Below, in pieces: positions 36,501 through 44,989 of a stretch of 55,639 nucleotides of DNA. This stretch comes from Octopus bimaculoides (Eukaryota): positions 24,745,505 through 24,801,143 of the forward strand of contig NC_068999.1 of assembly GCF_001194135.2 (NCBI RefSeq), in the 5' to 3' direction. The notes beneath the pieces were generated by a model that worked only from the letters and a program-made list of their open reading frames with translations, ran no database searches and was not told the DNA's origin. Position numbers and translations under genes: made by a program. Each line of letters starts with the position of its first letter. The first letter of the stretch is position 1.

Positions 36501-38439
36501 CGATTATATCGGAATTTGTTGTGAAAACAAATTTTCCGTGGGTGGGGAGAGGAGATTCAGAAAATTCACACGAGTTAGCTTTGTTTCCCTATAACATTTT
36601 TTGAAAAATGGGTACATTTTTTAAATGAAATTTCTTACCTTTGAGAGTGTATAGATTACGATTATCGGAATTTAATATGAAAAAAAAAAAAATTTATAAA
36701 TAAATAAAACGGTGAACAAGCACACATAACATACTGACACATCACAATTTTTTCCCGAAATTTCAAGTTTCATTTTGTAGATATGTGATCTGTGTCAGTA
36801 CGTATATGCGCGAGTCCACCATTTATTATTATTATTATTATTATTATTAAATTCCGATATAATCAAAATCTATACACTCTGAAAGGTATTTGCTGAAAAT
36901 TTCATTAAGAAATACCCATTTTTCTGAAAGTTATGAGGAAACAAAGCTGACTCGTGTGAATATTCCGAAACCCATCCCCCAACTCACAGAAAAATCTTTT
37001 TCACATCTGAAGCGGATTTGTTGGAAATTTCGTTAAAAAATATCCATTTTTCTGAAAGGTGTGAAGAAACAAAATGGGGCACATTTGTGTAGGTATGCTG
37101 ATTACAGGTAACTGTTGATTTGCTTCGCAATAACAACAAAGTGAGCACTGTCAAATGTTGAAGTTTGACATATATGAACACACTAATCATGTTGTTAACC
37201 CCAGATAAAGTCTGATAAAGCAGATCCATAATCAAAAGCAGTCTAACTAAGACCATCTCGTCTTATTTTCTTCTCGGACTGTAAAGTATCTAGATTTACA
37301 TTATGCAGTGAATCCTTACATTTTATTAAAAAGTCAGTAAGGTATAATTTGAGGGAGATATGACTGCTATTTTTAAAAAGTCGAACGGCTACATAGAAAA
37401 GTGGGTTACATACCCAATTTATTCACAGCAAAGGACCTAATTTCGTTTAAACGAATTTTTCCTACGGACCCTAAATTTACAACAAATACGTTTTCACAGT
37501 CTCATACCTACATTGAAAGGTAAATGTAAATGAATTGTTAAAAACGACTAAGTAATAATTATATATCATACACAGCAACCTTTTAAAATTTTGAACAGAG
37601 TGGCGTAGCGCGAGGTGCACGGCATGTTTGTTGTAGTCGAAGGTATGTTACATTTACGGCTGTGAGCAGGGCAGCCAAATCCCACTGCCCCACTTTTCAG
37701 GGGCCTGCAGACCCCCAACGTTAGGAACAAAAGTGGTTCCTTTTTAGGCTCCAATAAAATAAGCGAGCATTGGAAGAACGAGATAATGTGACAATATAAA
37801 AAGAATAAAATTAGAGAATAAATTACTGTGAGAAATTAATTACTTAGCTGATGACATAAGCGTGAAGGTTGTCTAATGTAAACAATAGAATCAAAGCGAA
37901 ATGAGCAACTTCAACAGAGCTCAACAATGTGTTCACGGAGGAATAAAGTACATAGAATATGTAAACAATACTGAAACAAAAAGATCTGTCAATTTAGACA
38001 CGACTGTAATATTGCTGTGAAGAAAATATATGAAAATAGGGTGGAAACCTACCAGATGGAAGTGAGACACTGTTCTGGAATCAGATCCCTCAGTAAAACT
38101 GAGGCAAATTTTACATTCGCCAAAGTGCCAGCTATGATCAACAGAAGGTTCTTTGCTCGTAAGTCGGCATTCATCATTGTTTCTTTCAGTCTCCGGGGCA
38201 GGGGTCAGACAACCGTGCACGCCGAGTTGACATATTCGAGAGCGCCAAGATTCTAAATCCGAGTACTTATCGCGCTCAGGACAATACTTAACTAATACGA
38301 ATACATCAATTGACTGCCCGATGTAAACAGATTTGAGCTGTTGATATGCGTCATCATCAGTAGAAAACGGTTTGTTTTTATCGGACACAATGAGTTCTAA
38401 TGACGATGCTTCGTCCACATTGTCTGCATGCTCTTCCAT
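9356..38439 (-). CDS. TRAPPC14: TRAPP II complex subunit 14 (C7orf43/MAP11) orthologue, complete spliced CDS, 13 exons, 626 aa
   Basis: Exons (minus): 38053-38439, 33564-33789, 32928-33014, 29983-30100, 26475-26555, 23186-23321, 22263-22345, 21985-22062, 20457-20560, 17642-17717, 12717-12786, 10059-10348, 9356-9500. All are GT-AG, phases are compatible, total 1881 nt. Motifs VYIGQSIDVFVLV, IPLNLSL..VP, LLNLIQPPKLKC..AGKQ, YSLPNIKLHHPPFVVSVSC, FNVLYTISNKLQDFLALRLYW, FQVLHPGLFELGQHMKLNL parallel recalled human TRAPPC14 (LYLGETVRFLLVL, FPLTVSL..LP, LLTLLPPPVLRC..AGKH, YRLPSVRLDRPCFVMTASC, FTVTYTLLNNLQDFLAVRLVW, FQALRTGLFELSQHMKLKL). Confidence 0.9.
10059..10348 (-). CDS. TRAPPC14: TRAPPC14 exon 12 (LGQHMKLNLRY...SYSFGDL...)
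   Basis: tttatag acceptor, AA|GTAAGT donor, 290 nt, phase 0->2. Confidence 0.92.
10793..10960. mobile_element. Possible non-autonomous Helitron/HINE-like fragment
   Basis: atctataataataaaac start followed by (TCTG)n. Confidence 0.35.
11290..11465 (-). mobile_element. SINE family B, decayed
   Basis: actcagtacttgactggta...aaaggcaggttgac...gagctcagaatg. Confidence 0.6.
12194..12660. mobile_element. Non-autonomous DNA element with (CAC)TGTGTAACA/TGTTACACAGTG ends
   Basis: Terminal inverted repeats; a second, interrupted copy lies at 27377-29759. Confidence 0.65.
12717..12786 (-). CDS. TRAPPC14: TRAPPC14 exon 11 (SCPKGSTMTANVRFQVLHPGLFE)
   Basis: cggcag acceptor, GAA|GTAAGT donor, 70 nt, phase 2->0. 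Confidence 0.92.
13013..13203. mobile_element. Tc1/mariner-type MITE
   Basis: ta|CAGGGTGGGCCAAAAGT...ACTTTTGGCCCACCCAA|ta. Confidence 0.8.
13660..14118 (+). mobile_element. RTE LINE 3' UTR fragment with ~25-30-nt tandem units
   Basis: Repeated ccatgccagtgccacataaaagcac units, then gtccaacccatgc..atggaaa and (GAT)n. Confidence 0.8.
14267..14420 (+). mobile_element. SINE family B
   Basis: ggcagcaaactggcagaattgttagcac...gagttcaaattcc...ctttgcccttcatcc. Confidence 0.8.
14615..14965 (-). mobile_element. RTE LINE 3' UTR fragment
   Basis: Reverse complement of the same tail with tandem units. Confidence 0.75.
15295..15782. mobile_element. ~490-bp palindrome of two head-to-head tRNA-headed elements, each ending in a hammerhead-like motif
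   Basis: Arms 15295-15530 and 15545-15782 are reverse complements; right arm has A-box TGGCATAGTGG and B-box GAGTTCGATTCC. Confidence 0.88.
15690..15735 (+). ncRNA. Minimal type I hammerhead ribozyme motif (Penelope type)
   Basis: GACAC-CTGATGA-A-AGTTG(gagggtatat)CAGCT-GAAA-CG-TT-GTGTT. Confidence 0.72.
16210..17556 (+). mobile_element. RTE-clade LINE, internally deleted: AP-endonuclease domain joined to the 3' tail
   Basis: FRVGTLNVGTLKGRSSEIVE...VDVCCVQEVRW, DFNGHVG, QIDFIL, TWWWN motifs with frameshifts; RT absent; (GAT)n tail at 17540-17556. Confidence 0.92.
17642..17717 (-). CDS. TRAPPC14: TRAPPC14 exon 10 (GYINIKAPKHNVMNSIICQDPDVLLG)
   Basis: ttttcag acceptor, GG|GTAAAT donor, 76 nt, phase 1->2. 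Confidence 0.88.
18310..18760 (+). mobile_element. Heavily decayed RTE RT N-terminal fragment
   Basis: Residual KIAIKDMKAKK, NYRGI, FRFMLGHST..V.SIVRYLQE motifs. Confidence 0.6.
19280..19441 (-). mobile_element. Decayed tRNA-like head (19370-19441) with downstream body; SINE or tRNA pseudogene
   Basis: TGGTCCAATGGTAGAAC D-arm, CTTGT/ACAGG anticodon stem, GTGGG-TTCAAAT-CCCAT T-arm; acceptor stem broken. Confidence 0.55.
19532..19735 (+). mobile_element. SINE family B
   Basis: Same head and core as 14267. Confidence 0.8.
19856..19960 (+). mobile_element. RTE 3' tail fragment
   Basis: tcaaaccatccagcccatgccagcatgg...(GAT)n. Confidence 0.7.
20038..20153. other. Assembly gap
   Basis: N run after (TA)n. 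Confidence 1.
20457..20560 (-). CDS. TRAPPC14: TRAPPC14 exon 9 (FNVLYTISNKLQDFLALRLYWNP...)
   Basis: ctacag acceptor, G|GTTTGT donor, 104 nt, phase 2->1; best-conserved block. Confidence 0.93.
20715..21032 (-). mobile_element. tRNA-derived SINE family C
   Basis: Minus strand begins ggtgcatggcttagtggttagggg...gagtttaattcc (A and B boxes), then cttgagcaagacact...ccactcagct core. Confidence 0.75.
21345..21560 (+). mobile_element. SINE family B
   Basis: Same head and core as 14267. Confidence 0.8.
21598..21930 (-). mobile_element. SINE family A
   Basis: gggactgaacctggaaccatg head (reverse B-box region), cacttgcccaaggtg core, internal (CA)n. Confidence 0.8.
21985..22062 (-). CDS. TRAPPC14: TRAPPC14 exon 8 (LPNIKLHHPPFVVSVSCKDEITVGR)
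   Basis: cttgcag acceptor, AG|GTAAC donor, 78 nt, phase 2->2. Confidence 0.92.
22263..22345 (-). CDS. TRAPPC14: TRAPPC14 exon 7 (MFSLAAHISW...VTTY)
   Basis: ttgcag acceptor, AG|GT donor, 83 nt, phase 0->2. Confidence 0.88.
23186..23321 (-). CDS. TRAPPC14: TRAPPC14 exon 6 (ESDQHSQK...FPLYLSPGEVLSLVFTV...PNM)
   Basis: tttctatag acceptor, ATG|GTAAG donor, 136 nt, phase 2->0. Confidence 0.88.
25170..25364. mobile_element. piggyBac-like MITE (same family)
   Basis: ttaa|CCCTTTAGCATT...AATGCTGAAGGG|ttaa; intact TTAA duplication. Confidence 0.8.
26475..26555 (-). CDS. TRAPPC14: TRAPPC14 exon 5, Ser-rich, possibly a cassette exon (SFDQPFNFRTDYSSSSSNSRSFGQSF)
   Basis: Long polypyrimidine tract + caag acceptor, TG|GTATGT donor, 81 nt, phase 2->2; no recognisable human counterpart. 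Confidence 0.6.
27377..29759. mobile_element. Second copy of the 12194 family (27377-27584 + 29603-29759), split by a nested insertion
   Basis: Both halves align to 12194-12660. Confidence 0.75.
27585..29602. mobile_element. ~2-kb nested DNA transposon relic with hAT-like ends and 8-bp TSD
   Basis: TSD atcagagc/atcatagc (atcaaagc occurs once in the empty copy at 12507); ends caagctagattta / taaatccggtactg; decayed coding-like interior. Confidence 0.7.
29983..30100 (-). CDS. TRAPPC14: TRAPPC14 exon 4 (VHNSTYEDVTISNCWVLPS...)
   Basis: ttatcag acceptor, TG|GTAAAT donor, 118 nt, phase 1->2; resembles human VLNSSSQEEISIWDIRILP. Confidence 0.85.
30175..30315 (-). mobile_element. SINE family B, 3' part, abutting a family A copy
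   Basis: ggcacgaggcctgaaatttt...gaccccgaaaggatgaaaagcaaagtcaacc. Confidence 0.7.
30318..30805 (+). mobile_element. SINE family A, near full length
   Basis: ggtgtggctgtgtggtaagaag...ggttcaatccc head, internal (TA)n, ctccagtatggccacagtc..actgaaac tail. Confidence 0.88.
30850..31875 (-). mobile_element. RTE LINE ORF2 C-terminal fragment with RT core deleted
   Basis: VIGEKCVYLDDGSLAFDDSAKKEVWKYH linker fused to MVLIAESLAELEKKFQ.WK..LESKG.RVN..KTK, a PHD-like finger, and YLDD..SSGG...SVVTRIRMGWAKFRELL...AMLHGSET. Confidence 0.9.
32928..33014 (-). CDS. TRAPPC14: TRAPPC14 exon 3 (LSCLLNLIQPPKLKCHLAQAAGKQFILLE)
   Basis: tttacag acceptor, G|GTCAGT donor, 87 nt, phase 1->1. Confidence 0.9.
33564..33789 (-). 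CDS. TRAPPC14: TRAPPC14 exon 2 (KEKPYFSKGNIYVIPLNLSL...TVTKQS)
   Basis: ttttcag acceptor, T|GTAAGT donor, 226 nt open, phase 0->1. Confidence 0.9.
34733..34772 (+). ncRNA. Minimal type I hammerhead ribozyme motif
   Basis: CCA-CTGATGA-G-GTCAC(agaagt)GTGAC-GAAA-GaaC-TC-TGG; core intact, perfect 5-bp stem II. Confidence 0.72.
35938..36328 (-). mobile_element. SINE family A, near full length, CpG-rich (young)
   Basis: Reverse complement of the 30318 family, starting ggcgcaggagtggctgtgtggtaag. Confidence 0.88.
36380..37099. mobile_element. Long-TIR foldback element, Mutator-like (~300-bp arms, 9-bp TSD)
   Basis: GGCATACCTACACAAGTGCCCC...GGGGCACATTTGTGTAGGTATGC; flanks ggttacagg / gattacagg. Confidence 0.75.
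38053..38439 (-). CDS. TRAPPC14: TRAPPC14 coding exon 1 (MEEHADN...SHFHL)
   Basis: ATG at 38439; 129 codons; donor CTG|GTAGGT, phase 0. Confidence 0.85.
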
Positions 38440-38940
38440 TCTTCCATGCAGCCAGAGTCGCAGGGTATCACTTTCCTCGAGCCACGATTACAACATTTCT
38501 CACATGAAGTCTTCATTCGAACTACTATACAAACTAAATTTTTGTTGCGATTCACTATTCTGTATTGATTCAAACCCGTTAGTACTTAGAACGTTGGATT
38601 TACTGCATCACGCTATTTGTTTCAACTCGCAGCGCTTTGAGTTCAAATCCTGACTCATCCTTTTTGATAAAGTTTCGTCCAAAGCGATGGACTCGTTGAA
38701 TGTTTGAACGTCGAAGGATATCTCTTGCAGTATCTGCTTCAGCTCGTGGGATTTCCGACTTCGAATCACATCCTCGTCACCGAGAAAAAAGGCGAGGGTC
38801 TTGCGGGGATCGGCAAAGACTGAGTCCTTAACAAAATGTTCGAGTAGTATTTCAACCGATCGCTTACCATCCTAACAACAAGAGTGCAAAACGACTTCAA
38901 GTCTTGCGTACTCAACGAACGTTAGATACAAATGTTATAT

Positions 38941-39199
38941 CAATTGTTCTCAACTAGGGTTCATAAGGTCCTTGGGGGTTCATATAAGATTTTGTTGCTT
39001 ACGTTTATGTGCAATAAACTGGATATATTTCTATAATACATATAATATTTAAACATTTTCTAAAATACAATTTCTAATAATATTCAATCACAAAAATATA
39101 ATAGGAATTTTAGACATCGAATGGCTATGAGGATACTCACCTCCTCGAGTAAAATAGGAATTAAAGGGTTCATAGTCAAAAAATGGTTGAGAACCACTG
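38941..39199. mobile_element. hAT-type MITE upstream of TRAPPC14
   Basis: CAATTGTTCTCAAC...GTTGAGAACCACTG with 8-bp TSD tgttatat/cgttatat. Confidence 0.82.
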
Positions 39200-39276
39200 C
39201 GTTATATACACAATGACTCGTAGGGACACAGTATTATCGTTATGCAACCACAATATACTATAAAATATATTAAACG

Positions 39277-39420
39277 TTCCCCGTAACTTAGCGGTTCGGC
39301 AAAAGAGACCGAAAGAATAAGTACTAGGCTTCCAAAGAATAAGTCCTGGGGTCGATTTGCTCGACTAAAGGCGGTGCTCCAGCATGGCCACAGTCAAAAG
39401 ACTGAAACAAGTAAAAGAGT
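39277..39420 (+). mobile_element. SINE family A, 3' half
   Basis: cccgtaacttagcggttcggcaaaagagacc...gactgaaacaagtaaaagagt. Confidence 0.8.
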
Positions 39421-39745
39421 ATAAGTCAATACTGTTCTACTGCGTTAGCAGTGTGCTTTACAAAATATGTAATAGTCAGTGTTCACGAGCCCGTGTCCTT
39501 GTAAACCTCACTTTACTGTAGTATGTTTTACGATTTTTTCTTTCATTTTTCAATTTGTGATATGTAAATTCTGGATAAATTTCTGTTTTACCCCCACTCA
39601 TACCTGTTATTCAATTGCGTTACTGCCTTACAACAGTAAGCATTTGGATATAAATACATAGGTATATATCCAGTAGTATATTGGATATCTATTATCCCTT
39701 AAATGGTTGTTTAACCTCTAACTAATATAGACGTATGTATGTATG

Positions 39746-39780
<35 letters not shown>

Positions 39781-40499
39781 NNNNNNNNNNNNNNNNNNNN
39801 NNNNNNNNNNNNNNNNNNNNNNNNNNNNNNNNNNNNNNNNNNNNNNNNNNNNNNNNNNNNNNNNNNNNNNNNNNNNNNNNNNNNNNNNNNNNNNNNNNNN
39901 NNNNNNNNNNNNNNNNNNNNNNNNNNNNNNNNNNNNNNNNNNNNNNNNNNNNNNNNNNNNNNNNNNNNNNNNNNNNNNNNNNNNNNNNNNNNNNNNNNNN
40001 NNNNNNNNNNNNNNNNNNNNNNNNNNNNNNNNNNNNNNNNNNNNNNNNNNNNNNNNNNNNNNNNNNNNNNNNNNNNNNNNNNNNNNNNNNNNNNNNNNNN
40101 NNNNNNNNNNNNNNNNNNNNNNNNNNNNNNNNNNNNNNNNNNNNNNNNNNNNNNNNNNNNNNNNNNNNNNNNNNNNNNNNNNNNNNNNNNNNNNNNNNNN
40201 NNNNNNNNNNNNNNNNNNNNNNNNNNNNNNNNNNNNNNNNNNNNNNNNNNNNNNNNNNNNNNNNNNNNNNNNNNNNNNNNNNNNNNNNNNNNNNNNNNNN
40301 NNNNNNNNNNNNNNNNNNNNNNNNNNNNNNNNNNNNNNNNNNNNNNNNNNNNNNNNNNNNNNNNNNNNNNNNNNNNNNNNNNNNNNNNNNNNNNNNNNNN
40401 NNNNNNNNNNNNNNNNNNNNNNNNNNNNNNNNNNNNNNNNNNNNNNNNNNNNNNNNNNNNNNNNNNNNNNNNNNNNNNNNNNNNNNNNNNNNNNNNNNN
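39781..40499. other. Assembly gap in the divergent promoter region
   Basis: 719 N between (TA)n tracts. Confidence 1.
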
Positions 40500-40699
40500 A
40501 TATATATATATATAAAGATTAATCTTTGGTTAAGCAATTTCACGCTATTTCTTTCTCATATAAGTGATTTCTAGATGCGGTCAAGAGACTAGCAAGGAGA
40601 GACTTAATCACAGCACATAACGAGTCTTATTAATATTGGAGTATACTGTCCATTCCACGCAAACACCACCCCGTTTAGTTAGCTAGATTTTAGGTAATA

Positions 40700-41270
40700 T
40701 AATTATTATTGATGCAGCACGAAATTTTGTTAGTGAACAGGTTGCGGTCTCAAAGCGAAGAAGATATTTTGACAAATTAAATTTAAATGTTGAAGTGAAT
40801 CTAACGTTTTTTTTTTGTGTGTGTGTTTTTAAATGGCTTATAAACACCTTCCACGCTGCAATTGATTTTGTTTCAGCACACGATCTCAGATCAGGTCAAT
40901 TGCTATGCAAGTACATCTCCGTAATTATTACAAGTTTTTTTGCAGAAGAATAATCTTAGCCATCTAAAACTCTCCTTTCACTCTCATTAATTTTCCGACA
41001 ATACTGTTTACTATGAAGTGTCAGAAAGTTTCGTCGCACATTTGTGAAGGGATCACTGCCTTTGTGTAAGTTACAAGATTGAAGAAGAGCGGCAAAACTA
41101 TTTGACACTTCACTAGTAGCCAATACCCTTTGATAAACAAAAAAGAAAGTGACAGTTCTGTTTATTTCTTTAATGACCAAAATGCTCTTCCACAATGTAA
41201 TTGTCAGTTTTAAACATACGGTCTCAGGCAAGTCTCGCCAAACGAGTACATCACCGAAAAATAATTATTA
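40700..41270. repeat. CpG-retaining interspersed-repeat-like block, class unresolved
   Basis: Composition differs from flanks; decayed ORF-like reverse strand (40956-41231) with no recognisable domain. Confidence 0.35.
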
Positions 41271-41472
41271 TAACATACTATCTATCAGAGATAACCTTCG
41301 AAAGATAATATTGAATTAATATTTGCAAATTAATTGTGGTTAGAGTTCATATGATTTGGAACATTAAAACAAGGAAAATAGAATGCTGATTCTTGGATTC
41401 GACAGTATTTGGAGTTAATTCTCTACTCCAATTTATTCTTCAAATAGATTTTTTTCTTTAGATGCTTTAGAG

Positions 41473-41619
41473 TAGTGGTTTCCAACCTGTAGACCGCAAA
41501 GGTCGTACCGGGGGTATGTGAACATGTTAAGCTGACTGACCTTTCAATATCCTGGGGTCTGTGGGAAAACTCATTCAAATAAAAGGGGTCCTTGGTAGTG
41601 AAAAGGTTGGGAACCATTG
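41473..41619. mobile_element. hAT-type MITE about 500 bp upstream of the PCID2 ATG
   Basis: TAGTGGTTTCCAACCT...AGGTTGGGAACCATTG with perfect 8-bp TSD ctttagag. Confidence 0.87.
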
Positions 41620-42124
41620 CTTTAGAGTATAGAAAGAGAATTTTGTGAGTGCTCAACATATTTGTTTTCCAAACTATGATCAAATCTCGTTAGTGCTTAT
41701 CAAACTAGTGGACCTTCAAATGCTTGCCATGTAGCAGACATGAAGATGAAGCTCCTCTGGATATTTTCTAATTTTCTGTCAATTTAAAAATGTAAAAATA
41801 TTTTCCATTTTAATTTGTTTAGAAGTGACAGGAAAGAATACTTGAATTTTTTTTATTGTCCATGATCCCGATTTATTAATGTGTTGTTACCAATTCATTA
41901 TCTTACTGTACTAACTTTTAGTAGAAAAAAGTTTGATAATTTGAAACAAATATTTGAACCAAACAATAAATGATCTAAAAGCTTATCATATATTTCTGTA
42001 ATTTGTTACCTGATTAAGAAAGTAAATTAGAAAAGAAAGTGAATCAATATTACGAAACTGTTTTGCTGTTCGGCTCCGACCAGCTGGTCATATCATCTGT
42101 AGTTTAACATCATCTAAATCAAAA

Positions 42125-42160
42125 ATGGCGCACCTTTCGCTTAATCAATATCTGACCAAA
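42125..42160 (+). CDS. PCID2: PCID2 exon 1 ([12 protein letters not shown])
   Basis: aaaaATGG start, AAA|GTAAGA donor, phase 0. Confidence 0.93.
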
Positions 42161-44532
42161 GTAAGAAATTAGTCTTTTTTTACTAATAAAATTATTTTTT
42201 AATGTCATCTATTTTAGTAGAAAATTATAAGCAAAATCATTAGATTATTTAGTATGATGAATATTTGAAATAGTTTTGTTTTTATGATTATAAACGCATT
42301 CAGCTTGAATCAACTCCCGTGTAATGTTTATATTTTACTATAAAATAAAACTTATTTATAATTATATAGAATTGCTGCAGTGTTTTTAGTTTGCATCCAA
42401 TCTGTTAATTGTGCATTAACAAATGTAGTTTTCACTTCACAACATTAGAAATATCTGAGAAAATATGAAAATCAGAATTATTTGATTTTTAAAAATGTTA
42501 TTTAGACATTTTATAATTTATTGTAATTGGTTTGCAGGTCCAAAATGCATTCCGAAATGGAAATGGATTAGCAGCTGCTGTAAGTATAAAAATTAACTTC
42601 TAACAATATCATATTTTATTTTAAGATTTAGTGTTACTATCGTACATTGCAATACTGTCCAGATATTACTAAACTGCTTGGTTTAAACCAGTTTTCTGTG
42701 AAACACACTTATGGCCATTGGGAAATATTGCTAGTAAATAGGTGAGGGTTAGTGACAGGAACAGCTTTTGGCCACAGAGAGTCTGCTTCAGCAAATTTAA
42801 TCTAACCCATGGAAACATTGACTTTAAAATGATGATAGGAGTTTGGGACGTAATTCTCTTGCAAAGGTTAAATATATTGTAAATAACATTAACAACAATG
42901 TAACAACTTCACAATAAACGTAAAATAAATCCATAATCTGTGAGATATTCTTATTTGGTTCATAATTTTTCAACGTATTATTTTTTGCCCATGGAAGTCG
43001 AGAGCAACCTAACATGAGGAAGGTCTGATTAGAACATTTTAATACTGTTATTCACGATAAACTAATCATTTCACTCTATTTTATTCATTGAAGCTTAAAC
43101 GACTGTTAGTATACTTGTGTTTGTATCATGATAAACAGACTATTATTGCACGTTCACAGTGATTGGTGATAAGAAAGATGTCCAGTTGTAAATATATCAT
43201 GCAAAACACTTGCTAGGAACGGAAAATATGTCAGCAAAGCCTACTCAATGTGTTGGTGCTTCGTGTGGTAATAATTGAAATATATAGAAGACAAGTTTGT
43301 CCAACTAAGACGTGCATGGCGATGCAGGTGTAAACTGATGATAATGATGCTGGTTGTCATAAAAGAACATTTTAATTACTGAGTAGCTGATTTGCGAAAT
43401 AGCCCTTAACTAATTTACAGTACTCCTAAAGATACTGCTGTCATTAAAAATCAACTTTTTTTTCTCTTCACAGAATCATAATTTTAACTCCACTTTTGCA
43501 CATGTGAAATGGGCTTTATTTCATTGTTTTGGCAATTGCTAGAAGTATGTAGTACTCACCCTGCTACATACCTTTCTCACTTAGGTATCAACACTTGGAT
43601 ACCCTTTTTACTATTAACCACTCAACTAGAATGTTACTAATGAAACTAGATTTTTGTCGATTTGGCAAACTGGGCCAAGCAGAGTTATGTACCTTACTGA
43701 AGGGTAAAGGACTATGACTTAAATAATTTATGACCATGTCAATCACAACTTCTATGATATTGATAGTACTTTCTTCTTTACTTATCTTGTAAACCATGTT
43801 TTACTTTCAGACGTTGTTTTCTTTCAAACATGCTCATGTTGCAAACAGACGTTTGCAGTTGGAGAAACCAGAATCCGACTGTCAAAATTATTTTGACCCT
43901 CCATATGATGAATTAGTTGCAGCTCATCTCAAGTAGGTACTCTTTTATTCTTTTATTGGTTTCAGTCATTGGACCGTGGCCATGCTGGGGCACCACTTGC
44001 TTATAAGTTTATAAGTTGATCGATCATATCCACTCCAGTTCTTATTTATCAATCTTCATCTGTTGCCTGACCAAGTTAATTTTTTAGTTTTTAATAAAAA
44101 GGGACGCCACTCAATATACTGATAAATGAACATACTGGTGTGCATATAATACACACACACGTACACACGTGTGTGTGTATCGTCATTGTTTTAATATCCA
44201 CTTTTCCATACTTCCATGGATCAGAGAAAATCTATTAAAGCAGATTTTCTGCAGCCAAATGCCCTTCCTATCACCAACCCTCATCTTTTTCTAAGTAAAG
44301 TAATATTTCTCTTGGCTAGACATACCTTTCACTGAAGTTTGGAAACAAACATCACTTGTATGATGATGATGATGCTTGTTTACAGTCACTATATGATGTT
44401 AGACAAGTGTATACACACATACACACACATATGATAGGCTTCTTTCTGTCTTCCAAAATCCAGTCACATTGGATTGGACTCAAGACCATCATAGTTGATG
44501 AGCAAGATTCTTAACCACCAAGTCACACTTGC

Positions 44533-44578
<46 letters not shown>

Positions 44579-44956
44579 NNNNNNNNNNGTCCTCAGTCAA
44601 ATCGTCCAACCCATGCTAGCATGGAAAGCGGACGTTAAACGATGATGATGATGATGATGATGATATATATATATAGTAAAACTCCAAAAATGAAGAACAA
44701 ACACAAAACAAAAACAACGCGAGGACGTGGTACATGTAAAGTATTAGCAGATGCTCAGGGAAGGAAAGAAAGGTGGTTTAACGTTTTGAGCAAAGCTCTT
44801 CTTCAGAAACAGAGGAAAATCCAATAGAAAAGGAAGGCGAAGGAAAAAAAATCGCCAACAATTCACATGTGGTTACATCACGGAATTCTTTCTACCATCG
44901 GATTACATTACCTTGTTCATTCGGAATACAGCATTTCTGCACTTTGATTGTGAATC

Positions 44957-44989
<33 letters not shown>

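Larger units (their letters stand above)
38440..42124. promoter_or_regulatory. Divergent (head-to-head) promoter and leader region between TRAPPC14 and PCID2
   Basis: Start codons 3.7 kb apart on opposite strands; CpG-retaining sequence near 38150-38930 and 42050-42140; contains MITEs and a 719-N gap; transcription starts not visible. Confidence 0.5.

Noticed and set aside
38440-38871. Readthrough or selenocysteine N-terminal extension of TRAPPC14 (upstream frame is in phase)
   Set aside because: Three stops including a TAA, no SECIS seen, and the M at 38439 already corresponds to the family N-terminus
42250-42460. C/D snoRNA in PCID2 intron 1 (ATGATGA...CTGA)
   Set aside because: Boxes are about 200 nt apart with no terminal stem or guide complementarity
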